Of a stretch of 64,000 bases of DNA, positions 37,297 to 49,848 are shown piece by piece. Within the stretch, counting starts at the first letter, position 1, and every line of letters begins with the position of its first letter. The DNA lies in NCBI GenBank assembly GCA_025603075.1, contig MU626333.1:1-64000 (forward strand), read 5' to 3'. Origin of the DNA: Neoconidiobolus thromboides FSU 785. Lineage: Eukaryota > Fungi > Entomophthoromycota. The translations under genes were made by a program, and so were the position numbers. A model generated the notes under the pieces. That model had not been told where the DNA came from, ran no database searches, and saw only the letters and a program-made list of their open reading frames with translations.

Positions 37297-38910
37297 ATGA
37301 ATCCATCTAATATTAAAGAAGGACCACTAAGCAATAAACGACGATTAGATATTAATAACAAATTAAAGGAAAATGTAGCGGAAAATAACAATCCAGATAT
37401 GATAATGATTAAAAAGAGTAAATATGAGCTAATTACTAATACTTCTTCTTCTTCTTCTTCTTTTCAAGCTTCAAGCCCATTCAATAATCTACCTGATCCA
37501 GTATGGGATCGATTAATACAATATCTTCCCTTTAATACAATGGTACAAGCAAGTCAAGTAAGTAAAAATTGGCGTCATCAAATCAATCCTTATTTATGGA
37601 AAAAACCAAGCTATCAATGGTATTTAAAGATTATCAAAGAGAATTCATTTATTAAAAATATTACGCATTATCAATCTAATATAAGAAATATTGATTGTAT
37701 TAATATTGAACCAAGGTTATTGTCTAAAGCAGTGGGATTATGTCATAATTTAGAAGCATTAGCATTGAATTGTTCTATGCCTATAGTTTGGAAGGATCAA
37801 GAGTTAGTTGAGGTTTTAAGTCATCAACATTTAAGATATAAATTAAAACATTTAGCTATTTTTAATTTAAATTTAGAGTTTTCAAAATGGAAAGAATTAA
37901 GTGAAATAATTTGTTTTATGAGGAATTTAATATTTTTAACATTACCGCCTAATTTCCCTTATAATACAGCATTTAAGAATTTACCAACATCGTTAAAGTT
38001 TTTAAATTGTTCATTAGATAATGAAAGTTATTTAAACTTATTAAGTTTAGACTTGAATAATTTTATTGGACTAACAATGAATTTTAATATATATTTAAAT
38101 ATATCTTTAGAAAATTTGTTATTAAAATTGAAAAAGTTAACTACTTTATCTTTAGAAGGAAACGGATATATCTCGAAACTAAATCATTTGATTAATCCCA
38201 AATTATTAACAGGATTGAAAATTAACATTAATACCAATAAAGAGGATTTATTAATTCTATTAAGAAAATGTAGGAATTTAGTTCATGTAGAATTTTGTAA
38301 TATATGTTGTGATGATCGAACTATTAAACTATTGTTACGACATAATTTTAATTTAAAAGTGTTAAAAGTAATCAACACTTCTATAACTACATCAGGAATT
38401 GCAAGTATTTTTAAAAGTAAAGCTAAAATTCAACAACTAGAACTTCAATGTCATCATGAAAATTGCGGACCTTATAATTTAGAATTAGATAAATGTGAAT
38501 TCTTATATCAATTAAAAGAATTAAATATAAATTTAACTTTGTATTTATCAATTAAAATATTGAAAGCATTGAAATTTATGAAATCCTTAGTTAATTTTCA
38601 ATTCTTACTTTCTTTCAATCAATTAGGCAATATTGATTGTCATTCTATCTTTACTCCTTCTTTACCTTATCTTGCTTTCTTCCCAATTACTATTCAATTA
38701 GATTATTTGATGAATAATTGGCCAACTTATTTTAAATTTCAATGTTATACATTAACTAAATTTCATATTCAATTAAAAGGAAATGAATTATTTATGAAAC
38801 TATATAAAAAAAGAATGATCGAATTGTTTAAGTTAGCATTAAAAGTTTCACCTTGTATATTGAAACCCATGTTATTATATCAAGAGGAAATAGTTTATCC
38901 AGAGTTTTAA
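37297..38910 (+). CDS. F-box protein with LRR/RNI-like region (537 aa)
   Basis: FNNLPDPVWDRLIQYL...ASQVSKNWR F-box; LRR-like motifs (CHNLEALAL, LKKLTTLSL, CRNLVHVEF). Confidence 0.85.
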   Translation: MNPSNIKEGPLSNKRRLDINNKLKENVAENNNPDMIMIKKSKYELITNTSSSSSSFQASSPFNNLPDPVWDRLIQYLPFNTMVQASQVSKNWRHQINPYLWKKPSYQWYLKIIKENSFIKNITHYQSNIRNIDCINIEPRLLSKAVGLCHNLEALALNCSMPIVWKDQELVEVLSHQHLRYKLKHLAIFNLNLEFSKWKELSEIICFMRNLIFLTLPPNFPYNTAFKNLPTSLKFLNCSLDNESYLNLLSLDLNNFIGLTMNFNIYLNISLENLLLKLKKLTTLSLEGNGYISKLNHLINPKLLTGLKININTNKEDLLILLRKCRNLVHVEFCNICCDDRTIKLLLRHNFNLKVLKVINTSITTSGIASIFKSKAKIQQLELQCHHENCGPYNLELDKCEFLYQLKELNINLTLYLSIKILKALKFMKSLVNFQFLLSFNQLGNIDCHSIFTPSLPYLAFFPITIQLDYLMNNWPTYFKFQCYTLTKFHIQLKGNELFMKLYKKRMIELFKLALKVSPCILKPMLLYQEEIVYPEF

Positions 38911-39581
38911 AAATAGCTGAAGAAGTTTATTAAAAAGAGTTTATCAGGGTTGTATTGTTTTCAATTATTAAAAGATGTAATTTATTTGGAATTGAATGCA
39001 TTTAGAAAGGATACTGAATCTGGTATTTTATGTTATAGTTGTTAGCTGAATTATTTTATTTTAATAAAATAATATATTTTAGAGTTAATAATATATTACA
39101 TTCTATGTTTCTTATATTATTATGAACTTAAAGTTAATTTTTTTATTGTTTTTTTTTAATTAACTTCACTTTTTGATTGTTAAAATGTATATTTAAAAAC
39201 TAAGAAGGAATATAGACAAGGTTGAAATTGTATAATTAACGCAAATACTCTTTATTTAAGTTATTTGTATCCTGATAATAATAAAGAATAGATTAGATTA
39301 ATATCATAAATAATACTTACTTTATAAAATTGATATTAGTAATTGAATATTATTTTTAAACTAAATATATATATTAATACTTATAAAAAATACAGAATTA
39401 AGGCTCATTTTAGTTAAATAAAAAATCAGTCTTAACTTATCTTAACTTCATTTCATCAATATTGTGCATCTACTCCCTTAATTTTTAAATCAAATCAATA
39501 TCAATTTATTTTTATTTTTATATGATATAGATATATATACATAAATAAACTTCAATTATCTTCAGATACAACCCTCTCTTT

Positions 39582-40147
39582 TTACAACCTTTCTTCTTCA
39601 ATCTTTTCCAATACACCAGCCACTTGTTCCATTTCTCTTTCAATAACTTTAGACCAATGTTGTACATCTCCTAATTCCTATTATTATTATTAAATAAAAA
39701 CATTCCAAATCTAAAGCTTGTTCTTATAAATATAGAAAATAATTCAATTACCTTTAAAGCGTCATTAAATTGATTAATCATCGTTGACCATTGGGAAGCT
39801 TGTTTTTGTAATAAATTAGCTTGTTGTAAAACTTGAGTTATTTCTTTATAATCTAAATTTTTTTGTTTTTTTAATATATCAGATACTCTAAAAATAATAA
39901 TTAATTAACATTTAACATTTTATAAAAAACTCATTTAGCTTCATTGTTATTACCTTTCATTTAATTTCTCGGATAAATGTTCACTACTTTCTTTAATAGC
40001 TAATTTAGCGTCTTTACGAAGTTGAGCTAATAAAGAGAGGTCAAGGGAAAGTGAAGGGAATTGATAAGAATTACCGTTAGTTAATTTAAGCTTAGATTGA
40101 CGAAGTTGATGTTCTTTCAATAATTGAGATAACGTTTCTTCACCCAT
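39582..40147 (-). CDS. BLOC1S1: BLOC-1 subunit 1 (BLOS1/GCN5L1 family), 4 exons: 40147-40075, 40026-39954, 39887-39752, 39677-39582
   Basis: Spliced MGEETLSQLLKEHQLRQ...QASQWSTMINQFNDALKELGDVQHWSKVIEREMEQVA matches the family pattern L.KEHQ...QW.....FN.ALKE.GDV..W...IE..M. All introns are GT-AG and preserve frame. Confidence 0.88.
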
Positions 40148-40326
40148 TATTAATATTAATAATTTAAAAAAATAGTCAAAAAAAATCCCGTTTAAGTTGA
40201 ATTCATCATCAATTTTAACCAATCCAATCGAGGTATTTATGAGTTTGAAAATTAATAAATATTTAATGTAAATAATTCTGTATACTTTTTGAATATTTGT
40301 ATAGAATAAAAATCAAGTTTGAATAA

Positions 40327-40944
40327 ATGGGCAAGAAAGAGAAGTTGAAAAAAGGAAAAAAAGCAATTGAAAATAAAGAGATTTTATTAAGAATGAACTT
40401 TTTATATCAAGCTAGTAATTTAATGAGTAATATTGATATTAAATATCCCCAAAAAGAGGATTCAAAGGGATCAGAAGATAAATCAACTGGATTAGAAGGA
40501 AGAAAATTAACTGGTCTATCTAGAGCATATTTAAGTAATTTAAAATCAATATCTAAAAAGCTGGTTATTAAAATGTAAGCTTCGATTAATATATAATTAA
40601 TAAATAAAAAAATGGTCTAAATTTTGACATTTGAATTTTAGGGATCCAGCCATTAAACGAAACATTTGTAAACGATGTAACAGTAATTTAATTCTTGGTA
40701 AAACATGTAGTATTAAAGCAATAGGTAATTCAATTTATCATCTAGTTTCATAGTTCTTTTCTTTTTATTTGAAATAATGATTTGTTTATTTTGATTAATA
40801 ATAGAACCTAATGACAAAGAAGGGGAAAAAAAGAAACATATAAAATTGGAATATACTTGTCAATTTTGTTATTATAAGAAAAGTTATTTACAAAATCCAG
40901 AATATCAACTATTTAGTGATAAAAAGGAAAACATATTGGAATAA
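40327..40944 (+). CDS. RPR2: RNase P subunit Rpr2/Rpp21 family, 3 exons: 40327-40574, 40642-40724, 40805-40944
   Basis: RMNFLYQAS motif, LSRAY, KM|DPAIKRNICKRC and YTCQFC zinc-ribbon CxxC pairs; GT-AG introns in frame. Confidence 0.88.
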
Positions 40945-42154
40945 CTGAAACTTAATATAGAATGTTATTTATGTTGAAGCATGATAATTTTTGATTATTA
41001 TTATTAATTTATCATTTTAATTGGATTTTATAATTACTTATTTATCAATTGTTTATTTATACTTATTCCCATGTAAAATTTTATATTATTATCTATTAAG
41101 TATAGATGTGCAAAAAATTATATAAAATGTTCGAGAACTAATTGTTATTTCAATAGTAAAAGTCTAATGGATTCAAAAGTAAGTATGAATAATCACACTA
41201 GATCGTAAAATAGATTATATATAAAAAATAATAATAAAATTAGATCTAAACGTCAAAATTATTATCATTTAGAGTTGAACTTATTATTAAAATAGTTTGT
41301 ATTAAAAAAAAGTGTAGGTTAAGCTATCTAATGTATAAAAAAAGGTATTCATATTATTGTTTTATATTTAATACTAATATGCTCTAGTTTATTAATTAAA
41401 ATTATTATGTTTATGTAGATAACTTTGATTTTATTATTAATAAATATATTTAAAGAAATTATTAATAAATATATTTAAAGAAATTAATCTTAATATATAT
41501 TAATTATAATTATAAACAAAAATTTACAATAACATCTATTTCAATTTCAAAAACAGCTATAAATCCTAACATATTCATACTACAAACTTTAACTTGCTAT
41601 TTCAAAAATACAATAATTTCATCATAATAAACATTAATTAAAAAAGATGAAGCTAAAAAGAGGTTAACTTTCATTACAATATGGTCAAAATCTGTTAAGA
41701 CAAGTAAGGAGATTAAAATAGAATTGTTGTTGCAGATCTTTCTTTTGACTAGGGGAATTTTCAATTTGGTAGAGATCTGATTTAAATACCCATTATTCGA
41801 AGACTTGTTTTTAATCGCTATCCTCGTATAACTTATAAAAATTATACATATTTGATATGTTAACTCTAATTTCAAGTATTTTAAAACTTTGTTAAGTATA
41901 TCAAGTAATTCAATTTTGATTAAATTGGTCATACAAATTTTATTTAATATTAGCCAAATGTTTTTTATTTAAATTCATATAAGATTTATGATCTATTTGT
42001 AAATGTTCCTATATTGAATAAATTTAAAAACTTGTTTAAAGAAAAGACTTTTATAGTAGTTTATGTATAAAAAACGCGAAATCAGTATGTGAATGCCGTT
42101 TTAGATATTTTGTTCACTTTTTATCTAGCATAAAATTTTAAATAAACACGATTA

Positions 42155-42247
42155 GGGGATGTTTTTGGTTTCAGTATTTTTCTATTTTCTAAAGACTATC
42201 TGAGTGAAGATTGTTAGTAAAATTCCTAAACAAAAAAATACATTCTC
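42155..42247 (+). mobile_element. MITE copy
   Basis: GGGGATGT...ACATTCTC; TSD atta/atta. Confidence 0.85.
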
Positions 42248-43366
42248 ATTAAATGCTGAAACAAGAACGATATTTGTATGGTTTTTTATTTATTTTTCTT
42301 AAACATAACAAAAATCAATTCTAGGAATAATACTCGGTATTTATTTACAATATAAATATATTGAAATCGGAAAATAATTGTACATTGAGTTCCAATTTTT
42401 CCATATTAAAATAACACATGTAAATGTTTTTACTTATAAATTTGATCAATGATTTTTTTAAATTTAAGTAGTAAAAATGAACAAAGCTGTCAAGAGAAAA
42501 AGATACAGCTATATATATAAATAATATAAGTTTTAAGAAAGTTTACTATTTGTTTTCGACAACTTTTGAACTCTTTAAGAATAACAAACACCATTAAACC
42601 CACTTTTCTGACTTATTGTACGTTCCAATCTTTAATATTCACATTAATGTCTAAAGGTAGTAATTAAAGATCATTATTTTAAAACTAGAACATTATATGG
42701 TTCTCCAATTGTGAATCAAATACTATTATAAATTTATTTTAAGGAATGACGGATGAACCCTGTTGTTGTAGAGCCGAATTGAAATGCTAATAAAAAAGTC
42801 ATTAATATGAGAATAACGCAACATAAAGAATGATTTCAATATGATGTATGTATACACTAAGTTCAATTATTATGTAATGTTGAGTTCGAAAAAGTTAAAT
42901 TGGTTATACTTTTGTCTATTTTTTATTTATGGAAGTGACATTAACTCCATTCCTACTGTTTTCTAAATCTGTTAATATGGTTTTATTTATTGAATTCAAT
43001 TCTTAAAGTTGTGCACCACAGCAAAGGAAATCTGAAACCAGTCCAATTACTCTTTGTTTTCCAGGGTGAAGAGCTACTTATACATACTATATTTAGACAA
43101 ATCTACTCTGAATGGGAATCAGATTCATGAATCCAATCATATTTTATATGCAAATGAAATGCGAAAATTGATTGGAATGCTCATCATTGACACAATGCAC
43201 AAAGAATGATTAAAAATAAATACAATTAGGGAATACGTAAAAACAGCTGACTAAAAATCTCACTTTCAATCCCGAGGAAAAGGATTATGTGAAAATGTAT
43301 ATAAATACTTTAAAATCACACATTTATTATTAAATCTTAACAAATTTTATCTTTTTTTTTTAAATT

Positions 43367-44227
43367 ATGGCTGGAGCAGACAAAGAATTTAGTATGGATA
43401 TTGATGTAGCTGGAGCAAATGATTTTAAAGCAGCTAAACGTACTGGCTATGCTGGTTTCAGATATCGTTATCGTGAATATTTAGCTGAATTTTTAGGTAC
43501 AACTGTACTTTTATTATTTGGAAATGGTGTATGCGCACAAGTTACTTTTAATGATGCCGCTAAAGGATCAAGTTATTTAAGTATCAATTTTGGTTGGGCT
43601 TTTGCTGTTATGCTTGGTATTTTCGTTTCTGGACCTATTTCTGGTGCTCATATTAATCCAGCAGTTACTATTAGTAACGCTATTCATGGAAAATTCCCAT
43701 GGAGAAAAGTACCAGGTTTTGTAGCTGCTCAAATCCTTGGTGCTATCCTTGGGGCCGCCCTTGTCTTTCTTATGTATTGGCCAGCCTTTAATAAGTTTGA
43801 TGGCGGTGTACGTCAAACTTTAGGTGATCAAGCTACTGCTGGTATTTTTGCTACTTACCCTTACCCAACCAGTCCAATTTGGAATTGTTTTCTTACTGAA
43901 ATTGTTAATACTGCTGCTATGATGATCTGTATTTGTGGTATCAATGACCCACGTCATAAAATTCCATCATGGATGGGTGCCTTAGCAGTTGGACTTTTAA
44001 TTGGTGCCATTGGTATTTCTATTGGTCTTATGACTGGCTATGCTATGAATCCTGCTCGTGATTTTGGTCCTCGTTTCTTTACTCTTATGGCAGGATGGGG
44101 AACTGAACCATTTACTGCTTATAATTATTATTTCTGGAATCCTATTGTTGCCCCAATAGTAGGAGCCACTCTTGGTATCTTCCTTTACGATGTATTCATC
44201 TCACCCGCTGAGCTTGATGACGAATAG
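43367..44227 (+). CDS. Aquaglyceroporin (MIP family, GlpF/AQP3-like), 286 aa
   Basis: SGAHINPAVT and MNPARDFGPR motifs; the Asp after the second NPA is the glyceroporin signature; six hydrophobic segments. Confidence 0.95.
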   Translation: MAGADKEFSMDIDVAGANDFKAAKRTGYAGFRYRYREYLAEFLGTTVLLLFGNGVCAQVTFNDAAKGSSYLSINFGWAFAVMLGIFVSGPISGAHINPAVTISNAIHGKFPWRKVPGFVAAQILGAILGAALVFLMYWPAFNKFDGGVRQTLGDQATAGIFATYPYPTSPIWNCFLTEIVNTAAMMICICGINDPRHKIPSWMGALAVGLLIGAIGISIGLMTGYAMNPARDFGPRFFTLMAGWGTEPFTAYNYYFWNPIVAPIVGATLGIFLYDVFISPAELDDE

Positions 44228-45940
44228 ATTTTCTTCTAAACTGAGTTTAGTTTGGAGCAAAAGTTCCACAAAACAATTTTAATTAATTCTCACGAGTATT
44301 TAAATAAACCTTTATTATTTCAGACTTCTAATATTGAGTTAAATAAATTATTGTACAAATTAACTTATTTTTGATTTTATTAGAGATGTATTTTATGGAT
44401 ATTTTATAGAATGCCTATTGAAATGAAAAAAATTAGTTAAGTTTGGGTTAAAATTAAAGGATATTTACAGGCTAAGGATTGTCCCATGAGGTCAAATATA
44501 GGTCCTAACTCAGTAAATAGAAACGCCCATATGCTTTGGGAGAGGATTCCTTAAACCGACTAATAGTAAATTATATTAAAAATCTAGAATACAATGCATA
44601 TATATTAATAAACGTTCAAACAACTTTAATAAAAAAATATCAAAAAAATATTGTAAAATCCATTTTTAATACAAACCTTAGTTATGACAAATATGATAAT
44701 ACACTTGTTCGTTGCTAATTGAGCATCTGATCTTTCATGATTTCAACATAAGACTTCTAATAATCTGGATAATCTTTAACATAACATTGAGCCGACAAAG
44801 CTTATGCTATTTAATTTCAATATAATATGTAAGAGCATAATTTGTGATTCAATTCAGTAATTGACTTATTTCCTTAATGCGTTTATTTTTAGAGTTAATT
44901 AAATTTTAAAGTTTTAGTTTATTTGTAGTTTTTTATGAAACAATGAGAATATTATTTTCCAAAGTCCATTCTTTTTTAGAAATCAAAAGACCAAGGCCCC
45001 AAGTAGTTTATTTCAATGGAAAAGAAGACAAAACCTTAAAAGTTAAAGAATTAATTTTACGTTTTCCTGATTTGGAGTTATGTATGTAAAAAAAAGCTAT
45101 TTGGCGTGAAAACTCATTAAGCAGTTTTCAAAATTAAATTTGTTTTCTTAATTAAAGCTTGTTTTCTAATATTTGTCAATTTTAACCCAACAATGCTTGA
45201 ACTCAATTATATTAAATGGTTTAAAGAATATAAATATATAATATAAAAAGTAGACTAAAAGAAAGGATTAATATGTAAAGTTTATTATATCACAGAGAAT
45301 ATAAGCATATAAGCATATAAGCTTTTGTTAGAGATATGTTATTATAGTTAGAGATGGAAATCATTTTTATAAAAATTAATTGAATAAAAGGCAAATCTTA
45401 AAGAAAATTATTTAATTTCATGAAAAAGATTATAGATTATTTAAACTTTTTCAGTGCCATAATAAATAAGATACGAATTTAAATCTACAAACTATCTTTA
45501 GAGCATTTCCAATATTTACTTGTAGCTTTAAGGCTATTTTATTGCTTTAGTAGCTTATTCAATTACTCTTAATATTAGAAAACAGTTAGTTTTAGAAACA
45601 AGAACCCACTTTTGTGATCATAATTGAAACTAAGTACATGTATCATTTAATATTAATATAATTTATTAATACTAGTAATTATTACATAATATTAATATAT
45701 TGCTAGAATATATAATATTAATTATTCAACTTAAAGACATGAACATTTTCAATTTTATGTTTTCTGACATTAATCATCACAATTTTTTCTATTTTTGAAT
45801 TTAATGAAAACAGAAATTAAAATGCCCATATTATGTTTAAATTGAATCAGCAATATGTACTTATTTTTTAGTATTTTCATAATATAAACTTTAAAAAATA
45901 AATTAATAGATAGTGATTAATTTAGTTATTACGACTACAT

Positions 45941-46038
45941 GGGGCTGTTTTTTTTGGTTTCATTATTTTTCCATCTTTTAAGTACTATTTGAGTGGAAAG
46001 ATTGTAGTAAAATTCTCAAACAAAAAAAACACATCCCC
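45941..46038 (+). mobile_element. ~98-bp MITE copy
   Basis: GGGGCTGT...ACATCCCC; flanks acat/atat. Confidence 0.88.
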
Positions 46039-46951
46039 ATATATTAAAAACCGCTTGGTATTTAATTAACTAAATTTATTCTTAATATTTAGAACATAGG
46101 ATATTCTAAAATTTAAAATATTTATACTATTTTTATAAATTATAATAAACAAATCGATAAACGATTAAAATACAAAAGTTAGATATCTACTTAATATGGT
46201 AAATTATAGCATATTTAAAAATTAGATTAAAAAATCAAATTAGTTATACCTTTGTACTTTAAATGGTACAAGGAGACTTCTATTTAGCATAAGGGATATT
46301 GAGTAGAAGTCCTCGAGATGCAGGTTATTTCAGTGATCCCGTGAGTTAAGAGTGGAGTGGTTTTGTGTTATTTAATCTTGTAATAGTCAGGGAATCATAT
46401 TAGACATTATTTAATTTACATAGTCTTATCATTTATTTATACTGAGTCATCAATTAAAAGGTAAAGTACTTATATTAGTGACTTTCTCCTGTACTAGTCT
46501 TATATTTGAAAGACTGAATAACTAATACTATCTCAGCCCTAGTTGGTCAAGTCCTATTTAACAATGAATTTATTAAAATATAATTTCTTATAATTTACAA
46601 TATTAATGTACCAAAAAGATAAGCAAAAATTCGAAAATTTACAGACTAGTTGATACAATAACAGTGTGTTCAATTCCAGATTGTTTTAATTTAATAGTAA
46701 TTTGTGTTATTGTTGCTATACAAAAGAAAACGAGCTAAATTATAATTAAGAAGCTACAGTGCTTATTTTTATTAAATCTAATAAAAATTATTATTGTATT
46801 AAAAAAACAAACTTGAACTAGTTAAAACTAGTAGTTAGTGGGTTATTGTAGTACGAATATTACTGAAAACAGCTCCTAATACTCAAGAAATCTTTTATCT
46901 ATAACTATAACAAAACTAATAATTAAACAACAATATTGAAAAAGATTATAT

Positions 46952-47044
46952 GGAATTGTATCTTTTTGTTTGAGAATTCTACTAGCAGCTTTTCCACTCA
47001 AATAGCGCTTAAAATGGAAAAATAATGAAACCAAAAAACACCCT
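46952..47044 (-). mobile_element. Degenerate MITE copy
   Basis: Core ttttccactcaaatagcgcttaaaatggaaaaataatgaaaccaaaaaac; eroded ends. Confidence 0.75.
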
Positions 47045-47215
47045 TACTTATTTAACCCATCAAATTCTTTCCTTGATTTAAACAGACATATTCAGCTTAC
47101 TTGTGTGAAATTACATTGTTGCTAGTTAATGTAAAAAAATTTCTTATTGTAGTTGAAAACCTTTAAATACAACTAACAGAGAAAAGGTATAAGAAAATAT
47201 TCTCAAAAGGGAATT

Positions 47216-47287
47216 GGCTAGCTGGCGCAATGGTAGCGCGTTGGACTCCAGATCTAGAGGTTAGAGGTTCGACTCCTCTGCTGGTCA
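47216..47287 (+). tRNA. tRNA-Trp (CCA), intronless
   Basis: Cloverleaf: acceptor GGCTAGC/GCTGGTC, D arm GCGC/GCGC, anticodon loop CTCCAGA (CCA at 47248-47250), T arm AGAGG-TTCGACT-CCTCT; T5 tract at 47291. Confidence 0.93.
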
Positions 47288-47484
47288 GAATTTTTAGTAA
47301 TTGCTCTTTTAATATCAAAACAAACATTTTTCTTATCTAAGTTGGATTTGAAATATACCCAATTTAAATGATTAAAGAAATTAGAGATTGAGATTTAATT
47401 TTCATCATGTAAGAATCAAAATAGAAAAAAAGTAGATTATATTTAATCATTTCTTTAAGTATATCTACTAATTGATTATTATAT

Positions 47485-49848
47485 GGAGTTGTCCAAATTG
47501 ATTTTAGAAATTAATCCAAATTTTAAGTTTTTAAATTTGCATCTTTAATGTGACGGTTAAATCTAAAAAGCCCAAAATTAAATCTCTTTATTTAAAACTT
47601 ATTTTAATTGTTTCCTTTTCTTAAATAGTTAATTTTTCTAACTATATGTTTTATGTTATTTCTGTTGAATATTTAATAAATATATAGTATATAACTATGT
47701 AATTGTATAAATAGAGTTATTTGACTTTATTTTTTGTTGAAATAAAAATAAAATGCAAACTTTCATAACTAAATTTCGAAATGGAATTTTGGAAAATTTC
47801 AATACAATAGGGAGGAGTACACAATATAAACATTGTAATTCATTTATATCAATTTTGAGAGCTACTTACAACAACCTAAGGTTTATGGAATTTTATAACA
47901 AAACGAACTAAAGAAAAGATATATTATCAAAGTTTACTATCGATAGTAATAAACTTAATCAAGCAATGTATAAAATTAGTGCTTTAAGGAAAACAGGAAA
48001 TAAAAATCAACAGGTAGCATTATCATTAACTATAGCTTTAGTATATTCTTTTGATGAATGTAAAGGTATTGGGTTTAATATAAATAGAAATCAATATGAT
48101 TATTCAAAAATAAGTAATAATAATAAAATATCAACATTACAACCTATTATTAAAAATACAAAAAAAAAAGATAAGTAAATTGAAACCACTGTACAATATT
48201 TACTAAATGATTCGACTATTTCATCAAGATTCAATAAAAATAATAATGATAGTAAATATATCAGATAATATATATATTGAATAAAAGTAGAAGAATGATA
48301 CGTAGTAAACATTCTAATGATTTGAAAGATAAAGCAGTAGCTAGATCGACATTTTTTAAATATATACCAAGTAATTTCAAAAATGCAGCAAGAAAAACAG
48401 ATCTATGTAATACATGTAATCAGTATATAGTTAGAAAAAAGTTATCTGAAAATAAAATAAATACAGCGATAGAAAACGAAGCAGAGATAGAAGAAATTTT
48501 CAACGAATAAGAAAAATTATAAAAATGATAAAAATTCTGTGTTGATACTTAAAAAAACATATTTAATGAAACTATTAAAAAATTGGACAATAAGAGTTGT
48601 ATAATAATTTTAGATTTTAAACAAAATATGGAAATAGGAACAAGACCAGATTCAATAAATTTAGACCATTATGATAAACAAGGTATATCAGTATTAGGCT
48701 TTGGTGTTTTATATTTAAAAGGTGATAAAGCAATAGGCAAAGTTTACTTTGATTATTTATCTGAAATACTAAATCATGATTCAGCATATGCAGGAGATTG
48801 TTTAATTGATTTAATCTCTACAGAGCTTTTATTTAAAAAGTTTACAAAAATTGATATATGAGCAGATACACGAAATCATTTTAAGTCTCAAGAGTTTCTA
48901 TATTATATATTTAAACAAGTCTCTAAAATAAATAGTAGTTTAAATATTGATGTTAATTTTTTTGCTGAATATCATGGAAAAAGTATAGTTGATGGACATT
49001 TTGGAAACCTTTTAAAATGGAAAAGTAGTTTTAAAGCATTAAGTAAAATAGAAATATTAATCAATTAATTTCAAGATTTGAAACTTTTATTTGTGAACAT
49101 AAAATTAATAACTCGACTGTTAATAATGGGAAAACAGATGTAATTTTTAAAAAGTATGAAGGAAACAAAAATAACAAAAGAATAATGGAAATACGGGGCA
49201 TTAAGAAGTACTTAGATTTTATTAAACATAGCAACAAACTACATTGTCATTCAGTATCTGATACATAAAAAAAGCGATATAGTTCCACTTAAAGTTATAG
49301 AGTCTATGAAAAATAGAAAAATTAAAAGATCAATCCTAGCTTACCTTACAAAGATAACAGAGAATCTAAAAATTTCGATATTTACTAAGCAAGTAAGCAG
49401 TTTGTTGAATAATAGAAATAGATTATTAAATGTTACTATTACTTAAGTTATTAATAGCTAAGTTAATAAATAGTCAAAGAACAAGTAATTATAATAATGT
49501 GTAAAAACTATTGTTATATTACTTGTACTATATAGGGATGGTTAATTATAGTTTTGGGACTAACCACTCCCTCCCATATAGCTATTTATTAACTTGGCAA
49601 TATATTAATAATGTAATTATAACATTAAAATAGTTTATTTATTTGATAACAAATCTACAATATTAGTTATAAAGTAGTCAATAATAAACATTTCTCAATA
49701 AAATTTCATGACAATATGTATTTAAGATCTATTAAAAATTCAGCTAACTTGCAGTATAAACTAGAATAGAATGATTTAGAACTGTGTCTGGATACTCTTG
49801 TTTTAATAAAAAATTGGATAAAATAATAAAACTAATTCAGACAACCCC
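47485..49848 (+). mobile_element. Full-length but decayed TIR DNA transposon (2364 bp), Sola-like
   Basis: Termini GGAGTTGTC...GACAACCCC, TSD atat/atat, internal transposase pseudogene, other copies in the window. Confidence 0.85.
47960..49450 (+). pseudogene. Transposase pseudogene (DDD-type, Sola-like); boundaries approximate
   Basis: Fragments RSTFFKYIP...KTDLCNTC, IILDFKQN, I*ADTRNHFKS (TGA probably from TGG) and FFAEYHGKSIVDGHFG; several stops and frameshifts. Confidence 0.75.

Noticed and set aside
39950-40222. 90-aa ORF as a standalone gene starting at 40222
   Set aside because: It spans BLOS1 exons 1-2 plus an in-frame intron; family homology begins at the ATG at 40147.
3221-43816. 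Short ORFs overlapping real genes on the opposite strand (3221, 3473, 7807, 14625, 20298, 32577, 34919, 35858, 43577)
   Set aside because: Antisense shadows of real coding sequence with no independent features. The 63644-63832 ORF is likewise an alternative frame of peptide member 5.
10200-45325. Micro tandem duplications (10200-10240, 13265-13290, 14980-15010, 33395-33425, 41430-41485, 45296-45322)
   Set aside because: Ordinary slippage repeats in very AT-rich DNA, with no sign of function.
47966-48861. ORFs 47966, 48277 and 48583 as independent genes
   Set aside because: They are frameshifted pieces of one transposase pseudogene inside the TIR element; 48100-48312 is antisense noise.
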